This document shows, piece by piece, positions 10,077 to 22,400 of a stretch of 64,000 bases of DNA; the stretch's first letter is position 1; every line of letters starts with the position of its first letter. The stretch is taken from positions 49,595 through 113,594 of the forward strand of contig NIVC01003182.1 in NCBI GenBank assembly GCA_002269645.1, written 5' to 3'. This stretch comes from Macrostomum lignano (Eukaryota). The notes below the pieces were generated by a model. That model was given only the letters and a program-made list of their open reading frames with translations, searched no databases and was not told the origin of the DNA. The position numbers and the translations under genes were made by a program.

Positions 10077-12888
10077 CTACTGCTGCTTGATGTGCTTAGC
10101 GTGCATATCCTGGGCCACCTGGTACACGTGGCTAATGTCCGGCCTGGCGTCCGGGTTGGAGCTGATCATCGTCACCACCAGTTCGCGGAGCTGAGAAGCA
10201 AAAATCAGGTTTTGCTAGCTCTACTTCAGATAGAAAATTTTAATCAAGAATTCTACGGAATAACGAAAACTATTTGCATACTACTATTAGCATTTTCTAA
10301 TCTTGATATCTGTAAAAAGATAATTGTTCGCCTCTGAGCAGATTTTTCTTTTTACCTCGTTCGAGTAGATATCAGCGGGCAGCGGTGGATAATCGCACTG
10401 TTCGATTTTTTTGCACAGCGAATACAAATTCATTTGCTCCCCATAGAACGGGCTCTGCAACGCGGCCATCTCGTACAGCAGGCAGCCGAGGGACCACATG
10501 TCCGATTTGAAATTGTAACCAGTCTCGTGGATCCGCTCCGGGCTCATGTAATAGGGCGTACCGACTGCGGGAGAACAAAATATTACACATATTCAGCTTC
10601 GTAAAAATGTGTTTTTGAAACATATCGCCCGAATAAAAATATGATCTTGTATAGTATGAACTTCTGGTGGTTCTTTGGATAAATATCGCCAGTGATAATA
10701 TTTATTTTTAATACACATCGCCAGCGATAATTATTATTTTGGATACCTATCGCCAATCATAAGAATTAATTTCGATACATATCGCCAACGATAATAATTA
10801 ATTTCGATACATATCGTCCAAGTTGAAATCGTAATTAATAATTCTAATTTACCAAGCGAATGGGCGTTGGTTGTCTTGGAGCTGAAGAACCGGCCAAGAC
10901 CCAGGTCGCCCAGCTTCACCTGACCAGTGGCCGTGATGAAAACGTTGGCCGGTTTGATGTCTGAAAATCGTATTTTGATTAGCCATTTAACAAAAATCGA
11001 GATGATACTACTAACTACTGTAAGTAGCGAAAAATACTCGTAGTAGCAGAATAGTCTCCGAACCTCTGTGCATAATTCTTTTAGAGTGCATGTGATCCAG
11101 GCCGCTGCAGATTTGCACAAAATATTTCCAAATTGTTCTTTCAGGAATCAGCCGTTGCTGCTTTTTGAAGTGCTGGAAATGAGGAATTCAAACTGAAATT
11201 ACGATTACTGTGCATATATATTTATTTATTAATCTATGAAACATACATGCGCAACCTCCAAAATTCGGTCGGCCATGCGACCTAGTTTTAACAAAAATGC
11301 GACGTAGTTTTTGGCCAAAAATGCGACTTACATGTAAAAAAACACTAACGCTAAGTTAACGCAACTTTGGGTAAACGACAGGAGTAACTATGACTGTCTT
11401 ATAAGGTCAAAATGCCTCGTCAGCTACTTAGTACTATTACTTTGGTATTTTTTTTTGGGTGGGCATTTTTGCGACTTCCTTGGTTGGCCGCCAAATCGGT
11501 CGGCCGGATCGGCCGACTGTTGCGCATGTATGCTATGAAATAAAAATAAAAATTACGAATTAAACGAAAAATGAACAGTCGACCAATTTACAAATCAGTG
11601 AACTAAACAGAATTGCTCTATTTGCTCTATCAATTTTTAATCAATCTATTATTGTACCAACCCGCTAATCAATTCAATCAATTAATCAGTCACTCGATTG
11701 GTCAACAAAACAACTAAATAATTAGTTTAATGATCAGTGAATCGTACAAATAATCAGTCAATCACTTAACCATTCAATCAACTAATCAGCCAATTGACCA
11801 ATCAATCAATTAATCAGCCAATCAATCAATTAATTGATCAACCAATCAATCAGCAAGTCAATAAACCAATAAACCAATCAGCAATCAATCAATTACTCAA
11901 CCAGCCAGTCAATGAATCAATGAATCAACTAATCAGCCAATCAATCAATTAATAAACTAATCAATCAGCCAATCAATAAACCAATCAGTCAATCAATCAG
12001 CCAATCAATTAATTAATCAACCAATCAATCAATCTACTAATCAACTAATCAATCAGCCAACCAACAGATCAACCAATAGATCAAAAAAGAAACCAGCAAA
12101 TCAACTATACCATGAATCAGTTATCCAATCAAACGCAAACCAGAACAAACTTCTCTAGGATAAAGAAGAAGTACTCTGTCAGCGCAATCACGAACCCTGA
12201 TCATTCGCGATAGGTCGCCAGCGTCAGCCAACTCCAGCACGATGTTGAGCTCGTTGTTCTCAATGAAGGAAGCCAAGTAGCGAATGACATTCGGGTGGTC
12301 AAGTTGCTGAGGGAATAGAATGAATGGGGAATCTTCTAAGCATTGCAAGCACTCACTATTTCCAGGTACACAACCTGATACATTTCACGTGTGAATATTG
12401 TAATATTACAGTAATGGCATTCCTCAGAAATTCCTCCTAAAGTTGTTAGAGAGGCTTAGCAATACAAGTAGTGTAGAAATTTTAAAGTTTTGTTTCAACC
12501 CTTCCATAGTGGGTATGGGCATTAACCCCTTCCACAGTGTCTTTTTGGTGGTACCATACCTTCAAAAGATCAATTTCCTTGATGCAGTCTTGCCTAGCCT
12601 TGGCATCCATCATTTCAAAAATCTACAAGATAATAAAATTGAAGAAGGCAGATTAGAGAAACACAAAAGTTAAATAAAACTAATTAAACCATTTTAGCAT
12701 TGCTTAGCAGTTATAAATAATTTTACCTGAACTTTTTTCAATGCAATCACACAGCCATCTTCTTTGCAGATTGCCCGCCAAACTTCACTAAATTGGCCCT
12801 TGCCAATTTTCTTGTCAATATTAAACTTGTCTAGTGAGCCATATTTATTCTGAGGATCATAGCTTGGCACTGTGAAATCAACTTCCAT
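10077..12888 (-). CDS. NEK7: NIMA-related kinase NEK6/7 orthologue, 7 coding exons, 291 aa
   Basis: Exons 12888-12727, 12622-12560, 12306-12196, 11172-11064, 10960-10853, 10564-10356, 10190-10077. All GT-AG and phase-consistent (876 nt). Motifs [70 protein letters not shown]6 and NEK7 cannot be told apart. Confidence 0.95.
10620..10830. repeat. Degenerate ~30-bp intronic tandem repeat (ATACATATCGCC core)
   Basis: About six imperfect copies of acatatcgcc followed by an AT-rich spacer in a NEK intron. Confidence 0.55.
11242..11532. mobile_element. hAT-type MITE (copy A) in NEK intron 3
   Basis: Perfect 14-bp TIR CATACATGCGCAAC; 8-bp TSD CTATGAAA (11234-11241, 11533-11540). Confidence 0.9.
11690..12120. 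repeat. Degenerate (AATC)n/(AATCAGCC)n microsatellite
   Basis: Runs of aatcaatc, aatcagcc and aaccaatc in NEK intron 3. Confidence 0.8.
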
Positions 12889-15800
12889 GCTTGTGATATG
12901 AACTATGAAATTTAGAAATTAGAGTGCAAAGACAAATAAATAACTAGAAAAATACAAGAAAGAATAAATAAAAGTGGTAAAGCAAATCTTTGATTTAAGT
13001 CTTTTAGAGCCCTAGTTTAGTCTTGCCCTATCAAAAAATACATAAATCATACTTTATATCATGATCAGAGTGCATGATGTTAAAGTAAAAAATATGAAAA
13101 CTATAAAAAGTTATGCATAATATTTTAATGTATCCAAAAAATCCTTTATTTCAATCTTTAGGGATTTTTTAGATTTTGAAAAAGGTTTTTAATATATTAT
13201 ATTTAAAACTAGATTAAAATGTAGTCTGTTGTTTATATATTACATAATTTTATGTTATTACCCATACTCCTAAAGATCATAAAGATGCTATTTTGTAGGA
13301 AAAATTCTTGCATGCAACAAGGTTTTAGGCAGTTTAGTACCATGTACATGGTATACAGCAAGGAGTCAGAAAAGTTTTTCTTAGGGGTCAGATGTCATCA
13401 CAATTGTGATCACAATTTTGTGACTTCACTACCATTTTTTTCACAATTGTGATTTCCTTGAAACCCATTCACGACAGTCGTGAATTTCTACTTTATTACA
13501 TTTTTATTAGAAGTATAACTTTTCTACTTGGTTTACCAAAATATGTGAACAAAAATGTGTAAGAGTAATAAATTTTAAATTTGTTGACTTGACAGCATTA
13601 CCGAGTAGCTATTATCAATTTATAAATATTTCTTTTCTTGTTTTGTTATTTTCAACACTTGTAACTTACGAGCTCAAAATATGTGTATGCAAATATAAAT
13701 TCATGATCACAATCATGATCACACCTGACTTTGAAAATTTCACAAAATTTCAGGCCCGACCAAAATTTTCTGCTTGTCCAACCTCTAGTTTTTCTAGCAT
13801 GTTTTGCAAAATAACGCATTTTATTATCATCAGAGCTATGAACTTGCCACTACAGCTGTGGCTCACTAGGATTTTTTAGGCTTTTAAAAATATTGTGATA
13901 CTTTTTATTTTTAAAATGATTATACTACAATAACAATAAAATACACAATGTTTCTATTATTGGAATCCAAAGGTAATATATTTTTATTATAGTCACTATA
14001 ATATATAAGCATTTCTATAAGTGTTGTTTATCTGCTGTCTCTTGTTAAAAAATTTGAATAGTTCATTGGACTTGGACATTGTTTCATAGAATCAGACTTG
14101 GAATCTCTGTCTGTCTGCCTTTCATAGCCCAACCCCCCCCCCCCCTGGTCTATTGGCACACACCTGGTAAATTGATCTAACCCTCCGCCTCCTGCATGCA
14201 GCATGCCAACCAAAAAAAATTGCATGCATAGTGCATACTAGGCTAAAATCTTTAATTTTAAAATCATTCTTGGTTCCTTGCTAAAACTAGGGCCTAACAG
14301 AATGCACAATTAGCAAGAAATCTTTAATGAAGTAAACAAACATATTTTATTTTATAGATCGGCCAGGTTAAGCCTTATATAGAATATAGCCTAGTATATG
14401 TCTATATTAATCAATCCTATTAATCAAACAAATAGGTCTCCTGGTCTAGAAATAAAGAATATCATAAAATGATACATACTAATAGGCTTTACAAGCTAAA
14501 ACTTTGACTTCATTCAGCCAAAAAAGCAATACCAACAAAAAAAATTAATTAGCTTCCTGCCTGTGTTTTGCCAATGCTGCCAATAGCCGGAATAGGCAAT
14601 ATGAAGCATTAAATTTAAATTTAAGACTTATTTTAATTTAAAATAAGTCTGCAAAAACCAAACGAAAATATTAATATTAACCTTCTCAAGATAAAAACTA
14701 AATGTATTAATAGAAACGCGTCAATAATTTAGTTAAGTTATGAATATTAATTAAACTATACTAGTAACTTAGCGTTTTGGTCTGCATAGTCTGAAAAATC
14801 GGAGGTTAGAGCTAAGTTAAAAAAAACAAAAGCACAAATACTTGCCTTTATTGAAAAACGTGATTAATTACTATAAAAACTACAATTCAAACGTACACTA
14901 GGGCCTTTTGAAGTGATGTTTTAGCCCGTTTTCACGTTAAAAATCTTCAACTTTGTTTTAACTACCATATTCTTCCTGACGTGTATCAATATGATTTTTC
15001 ATTGCTAGCAATAGCAATAGCTACAGATCGCCTGTCTCGCTTTTAAATTAAGTCATCTTCAGGGCGGATTTAGAATTATAAAATTAAAGTGGCCATATAC
15101 TAGAGCGTGCGGTAAAAGCCAATTTTTAGGAAAGGAAAGAGGGTGCCATCATTACCAGACACACAAAGGGAGGGGCAGAAATCCGCCGCTGGTCAGTAAC
15201 TCTACTGAAAAAATAGGGAACACTTTATTGTTAAGCAATGTCAAAAATCATAAAATGAGTAACATTACTGTGATTACAGTACGTAGAGCCCGTAATATAC
15301 TACATAAAGTCGCTGTACATGTATTGCGTGTTTTTCCAAGGTTAAATGACAAACCAAGGAAGCAAGTTTGTAATGAGCTCAGTCCGTTAAAACTAGCCCA
15401 AAATTTTGATGCATAAATGAGAATGTAACGTAAAATCAAACATAACTACAATTGCATCTTGTGCATAGTATCTATATCAACGTACTTGAAACAAACGATA
15501 TACTGAAAATAGCCATTTCTAATCTATTTCCATCATTTACCACATGGGCGCGTGCCCAAGCCTAGGATAACGACGGCGGCTAATAAATTTCTGCATTCCC
15601 GCGAGCCGATTAACGCTTGTTGATCCCGAAGCAAAAATAAGTCGACGTTTGAAGTTTTGACAAGCTTATAAGCAAAAGTAAAATTTTAGTAATTGATTGA
15701 TTTCTGCTGGCTATACTATACACAACCGTTTGCTTGCTTGAGTAGTGTGATTAATAGCTGCAGGAGCAGCTAAAAACTTTTAGCTACAACCAGTTGCAAA

Positions 15801-16413
15801 ATTGCCAGCATTTAACCCTTAATTCTTGATTTTCAGTCCATAAGTGAAATACATACTGGTAAAAATAAATAACTTAAATGAAAAGAACGACAAAATTCCA
15901 CAAGCAAAAGTTGTCGCTAAAAGACTGCATTTTTGCTGTTATATTATCTTTTTATTCAACACACAGAAGTTTTAGATAATTATTGATGAAAAAACAAGCA
16001 CAGCAAAACTATTTCAAAGCTTGCGCAACCGGTTGGGCAAAGCATTAGTTTGATAGTAATAATATTAGTATAATAAATAAACGACAGTCAAACGCTGCAA
16101 CTGGTCGTTCAGGTGGTGCTAAACAGTCAAAAAAATGGAAAAATTCATTAACAGGGACCTGATCGGCTAGCCTTTTTTACGATGGCACGGCAACAAACGA
16201 ATGCTGCCACAGTTTTCAATGTATAGTAGATAGATATAGTTATAGTATAAGTAAGTCGTTTTATCTAATGTCGATTAGGTCGATTAGGTAATATTATTAT
16301 TAGTAGTATAGTAGTAAGTTTATTAAAACATTGATTTTGTACACTGGTTGGTTCGTGACGATGAACGACGAATTATAATTAATAATAATAGTAATAAGGT
16401 ATTTATCGACTAA

Positions 16414-19400
16414 CTACTGCTGCCTCTTGTACGGATGGAAGCTGTGCGCCCCGGCCCCGCCGCCGCGATTATAGTCGCCGCTGCCGCCGTACATGCTTGT
16501 TGGTGGGCCGCCCCAGCCGGTCTGCTGGCCGGAGGCGTCCCAAGTAGCGGCGGCTGTCGGCTGGCCACCCCAGGCGCCGCTCTGGTTGCCCCAGGCACCG
16601 GCCATCTGCTGCTGCTGCCAATTGTTGCTTATCTGGTCCCAGCCGGCGCCAGTTTGACCGTTCCACTGCGGAGTTTGTTTCGGGTTCGGGAAAATCAAGG
16701 AAGGTTTCTACTGGCCTGCTAGAACAGGTATTTCCCATCATTAGGGAAAAGGGATCGGTTATAATTATCAGAAGAATTCCTATTACTGTGGAATAAAAAT
16801 TTGCACTGATAATTAGAGGGATTTCCTATTATTTTTATGGAATAGACATTTCCCTTATTTCCACAGGGATTCTCCATTAGTATTAAATAGGGATTTCCCA
16901 TAATTGTTAGAGGGACTCCCCATTATTATTTAATAGGGATTTCCTTTATTTATTCGAGGGATTCCCCATTTTTATTGAATAGGGATTTCCCTTAATTACC
17001 AGGATTCCCCATTAGTATTGAATAGGGATTCCATATACTTTTGGAATAAGGATTTCCGCTCGGAAGTGGAGTGGACGCATATCCTCAATCACAGACGGAA
17101 CGGCACGCACCTGATTCCAGCCATTCTGATCCCAGCCAGTCTGGCCCCAGCTAGAGCCGCCAGTGGCTCCGGGCCATCCAGCCGTGCTGGTTGCTGGGTT
17201 GCTCCAGCTCTGCCCCCAGCCCTGGCTAGGCGTGTTCCACATGCCGCCGCCGCCGCCGGCACCGCGACCACGGCCGCGACCAGGCGCAGTTGGGACGGGA
17301 CCGCCGCCAACGCCGGGTGGTCCCTGAACGCGGCGACTGTAGTTTGGCGGCTCCATTGCTTTAATCTCGACCTACAAAGAATGCATTACTAAGTGACTGC
17401 GCCTTCTCCATTTATTTTAAGAGTTCGATTACTATATCTAGATTTGCTAAGTTTACAGCTATTACGCGGCTACTTATATAGGGTTTACTTACAGTATCCA
17501 TGGTTACAAGGGCCATCTCAAAAGTTTCTTATTAGTTCATATTTCAGACACAATGCGTGCATAGAATGTGGTCTCTTGCAGATTTGAAAATCGGCTGGGT
17601 TCAAGTATAGTTCCCATTTTTAATAGCTATCAATAAATAGTATCGCATAAAACACTTTTGAGATGGCCATCTCGTACCCAATGCTGTGCCGTATGGGGAG
17701 GGGATAATTCAGCCGAGTTAAGCCGCATAAGCCTATAAAATGCGCATTGCATACGTAAACAAACAACAGAAGACAGAAATGCATAAAAGAAGAGCACAAT
17801 TAAAGTAAGTTAAGCACCTGTTTGCCGTTCAACTGCACATAGTGCGTTTGAATCAATCTTTTCACAGTTGTTTCGTCTTCAAAGCCGACAAACGCAAAGC
17901 CTAGAGAATTTGTGTTTAGCAAACAAAAATAAGGGAAATAGTCAAGATTGCTGTCAAAATATTTATTTATTAAAAAAGGCATTTTTAAAAACAATTTTGA
18001 CAGTAATGACTTTCCCGAAAGCAAGGTAGCTTTTCAAAGTTTATTGGCATTTAGTATCATTTTCTTTTAATCTGTCAGAAGTACAGAATTGATTGTTTCT
18101 TGCCAGTTAATTTTTAAGTAATAAGTTTACGTTCATTTATTACTTAAAAATTAAAAATTACTAAGGTTTTGGCTTTAAAACGAAAGCTTTAATTAATATA
18201 GAACAAAGCTTGCAAAAAACACTGCTTTATAACTGTACAGTACGAGTGCAATGTAACCCAGTCACTTGCTTTTAATTGTTACAGTACCCATCTAAGAAGG
18301 ACTGCTTGACAAAATAGCAAAGCAACTGAGACAAAAGCTGTACCGTACAAAATCCGAATTACAGCAATAGAAAATATTTTAATACGCTATTAATTTACTG
18401 TACTTCTTCTAGACAGGGGTTTTGAAATCATACTTGTACACTTTACCGTATTTGGAGTAAAGCATACTCATATAAATTTACACTTGCTTACGGTAAGTCA
18501 TACTCGTAAAATTGTTTTAAAAAATTAATTCACAAAATGCGCAAACTATTTAATCCATCGGCCTCAGCTGAAAGTTTGCAAAGCTGTCTGTCTTGTATTA
18601 AATGTAGTTTTTCTGCCGAAATTGTTTAATTAAGATTGTTCAGTTTTCATACCTGAAATCACTTGCAAAACTATCTAGCTGAGATCTATGGATTGAGCTC
18701 TAGAATTTACTTCACTGTAGTTTTTATTAGGGCAATTTTTTTCGCTTTCATACCTCGATGGCGCTGCTTGGACAAGTCCATCATTAGGTTGACATCGGTT
18801 ACCTGAAAGTTCGATTATGTCACTAATTAGTATTATGTTAGAGTGCTCAATCTGAGATCAGTTGATTGATTGACCCGCTGTTGGCAATAAAACTAAAACT
18901 AACAGCACTCATTTATCACTCACATTGCCGAAAGCGCTGAAGAAGTTGCGAACAGTTTCTTCGGTATGCTCCGGGGCGATGCCGCCAACAAAGATTTTCA
19001 GGCTGCGACGGTTCTGCAGTGGCGAATGAAAAAGCACTTTTTTAGAGACTGGAGGCCGTGTGCACCCTGGCGCACTTTAAGCGACATTGTCACATAACCG
19101 GCGAGAGGCATTGCTGCCCATTCCGCAGACTCCTCTGAGCAGGCACACAAGCGTGCAAATACGTACGCAGTCATACGCACAGGCACACACTCACACAGGA
19201 GTGTACAGCGGCCCTAACTTAATTTATCGTTAGGCATGTACACTTCACTGTGCCTTGGGAGTTGGCGGACTTTTACATAATGCCAAAATTTGAGTTGTGT
19301 AAGCATGGAGTCTGCAGACTTCTCTGCAACTTCAATGGATCAGAGGCTCAGCAATGAAATAAGGTAGGATAGAAATGTTGCTATTGTATTTGATTTCGAA

Positions 19401-22400
19401 CTTTTTGACTGATGTCAGCTGGCATTCTGAATTCAGACCCAGGGTGTCAAATAGCACTGCAATTTTTTATTGGCACTAACCTTGCCCTTCATGTTGACGT
19501 TGCACTGTTTAGGATCGACCTCTTTGCCATCGATAACGTGCGGAGTAGCGGAGTTGAGCACCAGATCGACAATGTTGGGATCTTTGTAGCGAATGTAGCC
19601 GAAACCGCGGGACCGATTGGTCCGATTGTCCATCATGACTGCGGCGTCTTCTACTTCGCCATATTTGGAAAAGTATTGCCTCAGGGTGTCGTTGGTGGTG
19701 TTCTGAGACAGGCCGCCGACAAATATTTTGCTACAGGGTGAAAAATTGCAAAGGCTTGTTAAACATCTGCTTGCCTCCACTTTATCTGTTTACAAGTATA
19801 GCATATTCAAATTCATATATGAGTATAAACATTAAATTTCATGAAAACAAATTTTTAAACTATTGTGTATTAGTTTACACACAGGTTTCTTGGAGCACAT
19901 GGACTCCATGGCATGCCACTCCTAATTCTGGGCCCACTGGACCAATAGTGATACAGGAAATTCTAAAGGGACAAGATGCAACTTGGAATCAACCAGTAGG
20001 TTAGAAGTAACAAGATGATCTACAATAGTAGTCCATTATATTACAGCTTATAAACACAAATCCTTGTAAAACATGTATAGTTTTATGGTAAAATAAGGAG
20101 AAAAAACTTTTATAAAAATTTTGCCAAAAACATGCAAAAACAATTTATTTTATCAAACTTTAGGCTAGCAATTTTAGACATTCTGGCAACTATAGTGATA
20201 AGGCTCCTAAAAATCAAGTTTTTAAAAAAATTGAACCTTAGATTTGAATCTTGAATTTTTCCAACAAGGAATTGCTTTATGAACTAGGCTTTGTTTATCA
20301 GTTAAACAGCAAAGGTAATTTTATTATAAATAGGGGCTGTCTGACAGCCTAAGTCAAATAAATTGTCTTTGTGTTTGATTGAAAAGTAACTGTTCTTAAT
20401 TGCAGCTTGCAATGCATCTCTCCAGTCATTCTATTTGGAGAACAAAGTCAATCAGCCTCAGGGCTTGTATTTGCTCTTGTGTTACTTTTTTGAGTAGTAG
20501 ATAGTAACTTAGGAATAGCCCCAAAATTAGAATTTAATCCATTCTTAGAAAACGAGACATCCAGATTTATAATTATAGGAATCACCTTTAAAAGGCAGAA
20601 ATCCTACCATAGGGTATTGAAATCCAGACTCAGAGTCTGAGAAACCCACCTCAGGGCAGAAAACCTAGCAAGTAAGCTGTGACCCTCTGACTCTGATCCT
20701 GGGAATGCTTAGGACTGAGAGAACAAAATTTCTTAGAGGAATATAGGGATAGGGTAGACAGTGCCATAAGACTACCCAGGCTATAAGTACAGTACATGTA
20801 CATATGCTATCAATAGATATATACGCTACTAGAAGTAAAAGTACAAGTATTATAAGAACTATTAGTACAACTTTGGAGACTTAACAGAGAGATATATATA
20901 TATTGCATCTATTTAGTAAATAAGGTCATGCTAACATGATCTTTCTATTGGCAATGGAAATTTGTGTTAATCACAAAAATGCAAATATTATTTATTATTT
21001 TAGCTTGCACTTTTAGATCTTTTGTTAATTAATATATAGCCAAGAAACTAAACTGAATTTTATAAGTTTTTAAAGATGATTTTATAAATCATTAAAAAAA
21101 ATAAAGTATCTTGTTTAGGCATTTTTTATTTCTAGAATCTTGGAATCTAGAATCTGGTTCTTTATATTTTTGACAATTTTACAAATAAATTAGGTAGAAA
21201 AAGTATTACTAACCAATGTAAGCAACAACAAAATACATGTGAAACCTTGGGAATCACCTAGCCATTTCTTTTGGTTGCTATAAAAGTTGCTATTGGCTGA
21301 GAACAGTTGTGACTATTATTCTGTCCAATAGCAATTTACATATATGCCCAAAGGCATACAAGGCCAATGCATAGCCAAATTTTTGGGTGTATACTACATG
21401 ATTCAGAGTGTGGTTAATTTATCCAACCCTCTTGCTCACTATGATCCCCCACTTTATACCTGAGGACCTCAACCTAAGTCTATCATGTAATGTAACTAAG
21501 TTCTGTCACTTGCAAGATTGAGACTTTACCTAGACTTTCAAAAGTAGTGACCACAGACCAAGGTGAAATTCATCCCAAAACAAATAGTGTTTTGCACAGA
21601 AAGTAAAAAATTGCTATAACTATAAAACTGCCAAAAATATTTTATAATAAAAAAGAGAAAAAGAACCCAAATAGTAGGTACACCAATGAGATTTTGAAAG
21701 CTCAAAAATTCAATATCTCTTGAAAAATATGATAGAGCTTGATTGCATGAGTAAAAAAACACCTCACTTAATTCAACAGTTGGCTTAGAATTAAAAATGT
21801 TATGCAACTTGTGTACATATTTTTGCTAGTTTTGTAACAAAAATTTGCAAATTTAAAACAGAAAACAATTTAAGAGTCCACAACATTTTTATTTATTTTT
21901 TAATTTTATTATCATTGATGTCATTTTTGCATAGTTTATTCTAGTTTTAATAAAAAAACTTTGTTAGTTTGCTTTGATTAACACAGTTTTTTTAAAGAAT
22001 AGATTACAAAAAGATTGATTATCTTTTGAGTGAAAACAGTGCATGTTTTTTAACATTATATGAGAATAACTAATAAAATACATATTGTAGTCTGTTAAGC
22101 TTGACTATTTCTTTCTTAAAACATATGCTTAAAACATATCTACATATTTTTATATAAAACCAATTTCTATTAGAGTTATACTCCTTTTCAGATTTTTTAA
22201 TGTAAAACACACGAAACTAATAAAAAATATGCAATTACAATGGTTCTACATTCATATAAACAAGTTCTGGCCTAAAATTTTGTTTATATATAATTTACTA
22301 TATATTCAAAAAATACATACTAGAGATAGCCCCCAAATTGGGAGAATTATTCCATTCTTTAGAGAACAAAGACTCTAGATTTAGAATCTAGCAACTCACC

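Noticed and set aside
15060-15191. Short inverted repeat CAG(C)GGCGGATTT, possible MITE
   Set aside because: Flanks GTCATCTT and GTCAGTAA match at only 4 of 8 positions; not supportable.
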